48,775 nucleotides of DNA, taken from the IMG/VR virus record IMGVR_UViG_3300015259_000001; one strand, given 5' to 3'. Shown here piece by piece: positions 44,616-48,775 of the stretch. A program made the translations under genes and the position numbers. The DNA comes from a virus. Every line of letters starts with the position of its first letter. The first letter of the stretch is position 1. The notes under the pieces were generated by a model. The model searched no databases. It saw nothing but the letters and a program-made list of their open reading frames with translations, and was not told where the DNA came from.

Positions 44616-46732
44616 TGGCTAATAAGCGGGAGCTTAGCAAAAACGAAGAAAAGTTCGTTGAGCTAATTGTTGCAGGACTAAAGTCAACTGACGCTTATTC
44701 CAAATCATTTCATGTTAAAGTAGAACCTCATACCGCTGAGTCTCAGAAAGCTAGAAACCTACCTCGACTACCACGAATAAAGAATGCGATTCAAGCCCTT
44801 CGCAAGCAAGAAATCAAACAGGCACAAGTTGAGGCATTAGCCGATACTGTTGATGCTGTCGCTCTAGAAGACTTACGACAATTTGCCTATGATCGCCTCA
44901 TAGAGTTACGAGACGATAAATCTATATCAGCCGCAGCACGCTTTAATGCTATCAAGGCATTAGAGCGTCTTAACGATCCGTCAAAGGATGTTAACCTTAT
45001 GTGGCGGTGGATTGATCTCATGTGGAGAGGCTATACCTCTCACTGTCCATGCTGCCATAGCACAAATCCCCTGTGGAAACTTAAGAATATTAAACTAGAT
45101 AATTACCGAGCTAAGGAAGACATCGCTCCGGATGATAAATTTGAAGATGTTGTAGATCGACGCCTTTTCTTACTTAAAACTTTCGATAGACGTAAGACAC
45201 CCCATAAAAGTCAACTTCCTATTATAGCTGCACCCGAACGGCATATCGTAGGCAGAGGAGCCGCCAGAGCAGGCAAGAGTCTTATACTTGCGTGGTTAGG
45301 AGCGCTTCATTATCTTATACCGGGAGTTCACGTTTGGATTTTGGGTAATACCTTCGAAGATACTAGATGGGAAGTAGAATACTTAGAAGGGTTCCTTAAG
45401 ACTGCTTTCTTCCCTGTATATGAACACATGATTCATAAATATGAAGATAAGAAATCAGGGGAAATAGTATTCTTATCCCGATGGGGATCCGAGTTCCGTG
45501 TCAAGTCCAGTAAAGCTCAACACTCTATCACAGGCTGCGAATTAGAGGCAGCCCTAATAGCAGAGCCCGCATGGGTAAATCAAGAATTATTTGAAGAGAT
45601 TCGAGCTAGAATGTCGTCTAGACTTGGACGTATCCTAGCGTTCGGGACGCCAAAAGGATATGGCGGATTTTTGAACAGAATGGTAAAGATGACCAGTAGA
45701 TCGTTTACTGGGAAAAGGATAAATCCGGGAGATAAACTTATAGCTAACGGTTGCCCATGGGGTCAATCTATAGCTATATTAGATGTTAGTCTTCTAGATA
45801 ATCCTGCTGGTGTTAAGTCAGAATTAGAAGCCGCTAAGCATGAGCTAACTGAATCCGAGTATGCAGCAGAGTTCCAAGGACTAGTAGCTACAGCCGAAGG
45901 TGCTAAGTTTCCTTGTATTCAAGCTCATCACCGCAGAAAGGTTAAACGGGAAGAGCTAGAACTATCTTCATGGATATTAGGTTGCGACCAAGGTGAACGT
46001 AACTTCGGTGCTTGTTTACAGGCATGGGACGGGCATACTGTTTACACCATGCGGGAATTCTTCGATAAAACAGATACTACTATTAAGGCTAATATGATTG
46101 GTCTTAATAGTCAAATTTCATCTATGATAAGATTGGCAGGTGGAAATTCTGATAATTGGAACTTGACTGCATTTGATGCAGATCCTCCCGTACATAACAT
46201 TTTATTAGAATTGGAAGAAGAAAATAGAGGGTGGAAGACCGATATAACTTATCGACCTAAGAACAAGAAAGAACAGCTTTCTTGGAGAACAGAAACCTGT
46301 CTTTGGATAAATGAGATGGCAAAGTCTGGTAATTTGATCTTTGATGAATCCTGTGACATGCTTCACGAGCAGATTATGGAAGCATTGAGGGGGCCAGAAG
46401 ACGATATTGAAACAGACAGGAAGAAAGGATGGATCATCCGGGACCAATATCGCGGGGATCACGTTGTCGATGCTTGGTTGCTAGGTTGTTACTTTATAAT
46501 GACAGGAGCAGTAAAGACTCAACTATTACCTGAGGATAAGATCGAGTCCTTTGAGGAGCAACGCCGAGCTTGGGAGTTCGTGCGACTGAAAGATGAAACT
46601 GCGGAATTAACCGGATTCGGACCGGGATACAAGAAATCCGGTATGTGGGAAGACGAACAATTTACAAAGATCGTAGGGCATAAACCTAGAAAGACTACTA
46701 ATCCTTGGTGGGGCCATTATCCTGACGAATAG
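44615..46732 (+). CDS. terL: Terminase large subunit with TerS-like N-terminal extension
   Basis: HKSQ adenine motif, GAARAGKS Walker A, LIAE Walker B variant, GTP coupling motif, GCDQG and DHVVDA RNase H-like nuclease. Confidence 0.85.
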   Translation: MANKRELSKNEEKFVELIVAGLKSTDAYSKSFHVKVEPHTAESQKARNLPRLPRIKNAIQALRKQEIKQAQVEALADTVDAVALEDLRQFAYDRLIELRDDKSISAAARFNAIKALERLNDPSKDVNLMWRWIDLMWRGYTSHCPCCHSTNPLWKLKNIKLDNYRAKEDIAPDDKFEDVVDRRLFLLKTFDRRKTPHKSQLPIIAAPERHIVGRGAARAGKSLILAWLGALHYLIPGVHVWILGNTFEDTRWEVEYLEGFLKTAFFPVYEHMIHKYEDKKSGEIVFLSRWGSEFRVKSSKAQHSITGCELEAALIAEPAWVNQELFEEIRARMSSRLGRILAFGTPKGYGGFLNRMVKMTSRSFTGKRINPGDKLIANGCPWGQSIAILDVSLLDNPAGVKSELEAAKHELTESEYAAEFQGLVATAEGAKFPCIQAHHRRKVKREELELSSWILGCDQGERNFGACLQAWDGHTVYTMREFFDKTDTTIKANMIGLNSQISSMIRLAGGNSDNWNLTAFDADPPVHNILLELEEENRGWKTDITYRPKNKKEQLSWRTETCLWINEMAKSGNLIFDESCDMLHEQIMEALRGPEDDIETDRKKGWIIRDQYRGDHVVDAWLLGCYFIMTGAVKTQLLPEDKIESFEEQRRAWEFVRLKDETAELTGFGPGYKKSGMWEDEQFTKIVGHKPRKTTNPWWGHYPDE

Positions 46733-47198
46733 TATTTACTATATCGTCCGTTAGTTTATCTAAATTTGGGTTCTGTGGAGTATTTGGGTTATATGACGTA
46801 GCCCTAAAATTAACACCGTCAGCTTTTAATCTATTATACTTCTTTAGTGCTTTTGGATGTGCCCACGATTGAAATACCTCTAGACCGTCATTAGGATTAG
46901 ATGGTTTAGATACCTCAATCTCGTTCATCATATATTCCTCTACATTTTTCAAGTAGAGGCCGTCCACAAACTTTCTCATTCTCCTAGCTAATGATTCTAG
47001 AGTTATAACAATAGGATCAAGAGCGATCCAAGTTAATTTTCTGACTTTCATATAGAAGTTTCGATTAAAATACGGGTCTTTAAACCATACTATTCTGTTT
47101 TTATTTTTAGTAGAGGTGTCTACTTCGCCTACAACTTCAGGAAGATTATTGTTGTCGTGGGATCTCCACACCTCTCCTATTCGATTAATGATTCCCAT
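46698..47198 (-). CDS. Hypothetical protein
   Basis: 166-aa ORF convergent with terL. Confidence 0.6.
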   Translation of the reverse strand: MGIINRIGEVWRSHDNNNLPEVVGEVDTSTKNKNRIVWFKDPYFNRNFYMKVRKLTWIALDPIVITLESLARRMRKFVDGLYLKNVEEYMMNEIEVSKPSNPNDGLEVFQSWAHPKALKKYNRLKADGVNFRATSYNPNTPQNPNLDKLTDDIVNTIRQDNGPTKD

Positions 47199-47588
47199 TT
47201 ATTCTCTCCCTATAATAACAGGATCAGGAGTTCCTCTCTGTGCACCTTTTCTAGGGCCAGAAGTAAGTCTTACTGTGTCTATATGCGAGTTTAAAGAGGC
47301 AGAGAGGAGGCGGATTAAGTCATCCCCATCGTTATGAGTAACGAATAATCCTTTCTCTTCCCCGATACGAGCTAGCGTATGATTTCCATCCTCTGAGAAT
47401 CGGAATTCAAATTTACCCCATTGTAGACTCGGAGGTAAGACTTTACCTGAACAATAAGACATAGCTAAACTAATTAGCTTAGCTAAACTATGAGTTTCAC
47501 TCGGAGCGACAACTAGCTTACTCTCTTCCCGTATAAAGATAATCTTATCTCTATCAACCTGAGACTTAAACGGACCTAGCTCTTGCAC
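47199..47588 (-). CDS. Hypothetical protein
   Basis: Co-oriented ORF. Confidence 0.6.
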   Translation of the reverse strand: MQELGPFKSQVDRDKIIFIREESKLVVAPSETHSLAKLISLAMSYCSGKVLPPSLQWGKFEFRFSEDGNHTLARIGEEKGLFVTHNDGDDLIRLLSASLNSHIDTVRLTSGPRKGAQRGTPDPVIIGRE

Positions 47589-47881
47589 TGTCTATCCTTC
47601 CAACATCTATAGTAGGTAGTTGGTTTACCTTCTTCTATTCTGATACACCAACCATCTGCATCACCCATTATACCGGGTTCGTTAGATTCACGTATAATGT
47701 CTCTCATAACCTTCTCGTGAACTTCAATAAACATTTTATCGTATTCTTGTTCAGTCTTACATTCATCTAGCCATTCAGTCTTACCTTTATCTAGCCATTC
47801 AGCTTTATACTTAGGATAATTCTCTTCTAAAATTTTTCCTAAAGTAGTATTAGTCTTCATTTGCTGCAACCCATGCTGCAT
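47576..47881 (-). CDS. Hypothetical protein
   Basis: KxEWLD repeats. Confidence 0.55.
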   Translation of the reverse strand: MQHGLQQMKTNTTLGKILEENYPKYKAEWLDKGKTEWLDECKTEQEYDKMFIEVHEKVMRDIIRESNEPGIMGDADGWCIRIEEGKPTTYYRCWKDRQCKS

Positions 47882-48452
47882 GGCGCTTCTGATCTTCTTC
47901 GCCCTGTTCGTTTAGCCACATCTGGCACTGGAGTTCAGTTTCAAATACTCTAGGAGGGTTAGTCCACGGAACAGTCTTCTTTGGATCAATGCGCTCGCGA
48001 GTAGGTTTGCGATCCTCAGGCTGTAGTTCCTTCTCATAGAACCGAATTCGCGCAGTAATAGAATTAATCTGCTCTTCTAATTTATGAAAGTTCAACTGTC
48101 TAAGCATCTCTCTAAGAGACTCTTCGCTATCATGAATACCCTGTTGAGCGCGTCTAGCCTTAATGTTATTTACAGACTCAACATACTGTGTACGTTTAGC
48201 CTTTAGGCATCTTTGAAGACAAGACAGAGCTTGAACCTCATAAGGAAGATCCATATCCCGCAGGAAGATACCCTTAGCATCCATCAGAAGCTGGACCTCT
48301 TCACTGCCCGGCTTACCTGCCCGGAAATCATCAGCCTGATTAATATCTAGATCTACGAAACCATCTCCCGGTACGGTGATATCAATACCTGCGTGCCAGT
48401 TGATAACTGCGTTAAACTTTGTACTATTGCATAGCCTATTCGTAATGTTCAT
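47850..48452 (-). CDS. Hypothetical coiled-coil protein
   Basis: 200-aa ORF. Confidence 0.65.
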   Translation of the reverse strand: MNITNRLCNSTKFNAVINWHAGIDITVPGDGFVDLDINQADDFRAGKPGSEEVQLLMDAKGIFLRDMDLPYEVQALSCLQRCLKAKRTQYVESVNNIKARRAQQGIHDSEESLREMLRQLNFHKLEEQINSITARIRFYEKELQPEDRKPTRERIDPKKTVPWTNPPRVFETELQCQMWLNEQGEEDQKRHAAWVAANED

Positions 48453-48634
48453 TACTTACTTCCTATAGTCTTTCTGCCTCGGTGTCTTAGAACTGCCCCA
48501 TTACGTATGAGAGCTGTTCTAACTGTACCGGGAGAGGTGTTGAATTGAGCAGCTAACTCTCTAAGAGTTAGACCACTATTATAGCCTGCTACAATATGAG
48601 GCTCGTTTATTGTTAGTCTTCTAGGTCTCGGCAT
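48452..48634 (-). CDS. Small HTH DNA-binding protein
   Basis: YNSGLTLRELAAQFNTSPGTVRTAL. Confidence 0.8.
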   Translation of the reverse strand: MPRPRRLTINEPHIVAGYNSGLTLRELAAQFNTSPGTVRTALIRNGAVLRHRGRKTIGSK

Positions 48635-48664
48635 TGTTCACTCCTTGATAGTCTTCCTATACAT

Positions 48665-48692
48665 AGCATATCATGTTTATAGGAAATTGCAA
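48665..48692 (-). promoter_or_regulatory. sigma70-type promoter
   Basis: Minus strand TTGCAA-N16-TATGCT with TGn; resembles the 38473 promoter. Confidence 0.5.
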
Positions 48693-48775
48693 GGACTAAT
48701 CAAATATATTGAAATCTTTTTCCATCCCACTCTACAGGTAGGATTTGGAAGTTGGCTAAAGATATAGTTTCTATA

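Noticed and set aside
1-48775. Stop-codon reassignment
   Set aside because: Known enzymes are full length in the standard code, all three stop codons are used, and no suppressor tRNA is present.

Overview
AT-rich segment of a large tailed dsDNA phage genome. From about 36.2 kb leftwards there is one long minus-strand early/accessory region. It holds many small genes, 5 tRNAs (Ile-UAU, Arg-UCU, Leu-CAA, Thr-UGU, Lys-UUU), two sigma70-family factors, DNA and RNA ligases, a MoxR/VWA pair, patatin, a GGQ release-factor-like protein and glyco/methyl-modification enzymes. A plus-strand block ends in a terminase large subunit that carries a TerS-like N-terminus. The most striking signal is non-coding. 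The region appears to be driven by host sigma54 (-24/-12) promoters: five co-oriented sites in a GC-rich control region at 35.65-36.15 kb (which also has a near-perfect Fur box and an IHF consensus), plus three dispersed promoters, each paired with the same 45-bp palindromic upstream element. Other highlights are a repeated intergenic RNA hairpin with covariation and a conserved G-G mismatch, two candidate structured ncRNAs, and three expanded paralog families with conserved ends (11 helical 'FGFIP' proteins, about 19 Zn-ribbon proteins, 4 basic proteins sharing a C-terminal tag). All protein calls come from motif recognition by eye; no searches were run.
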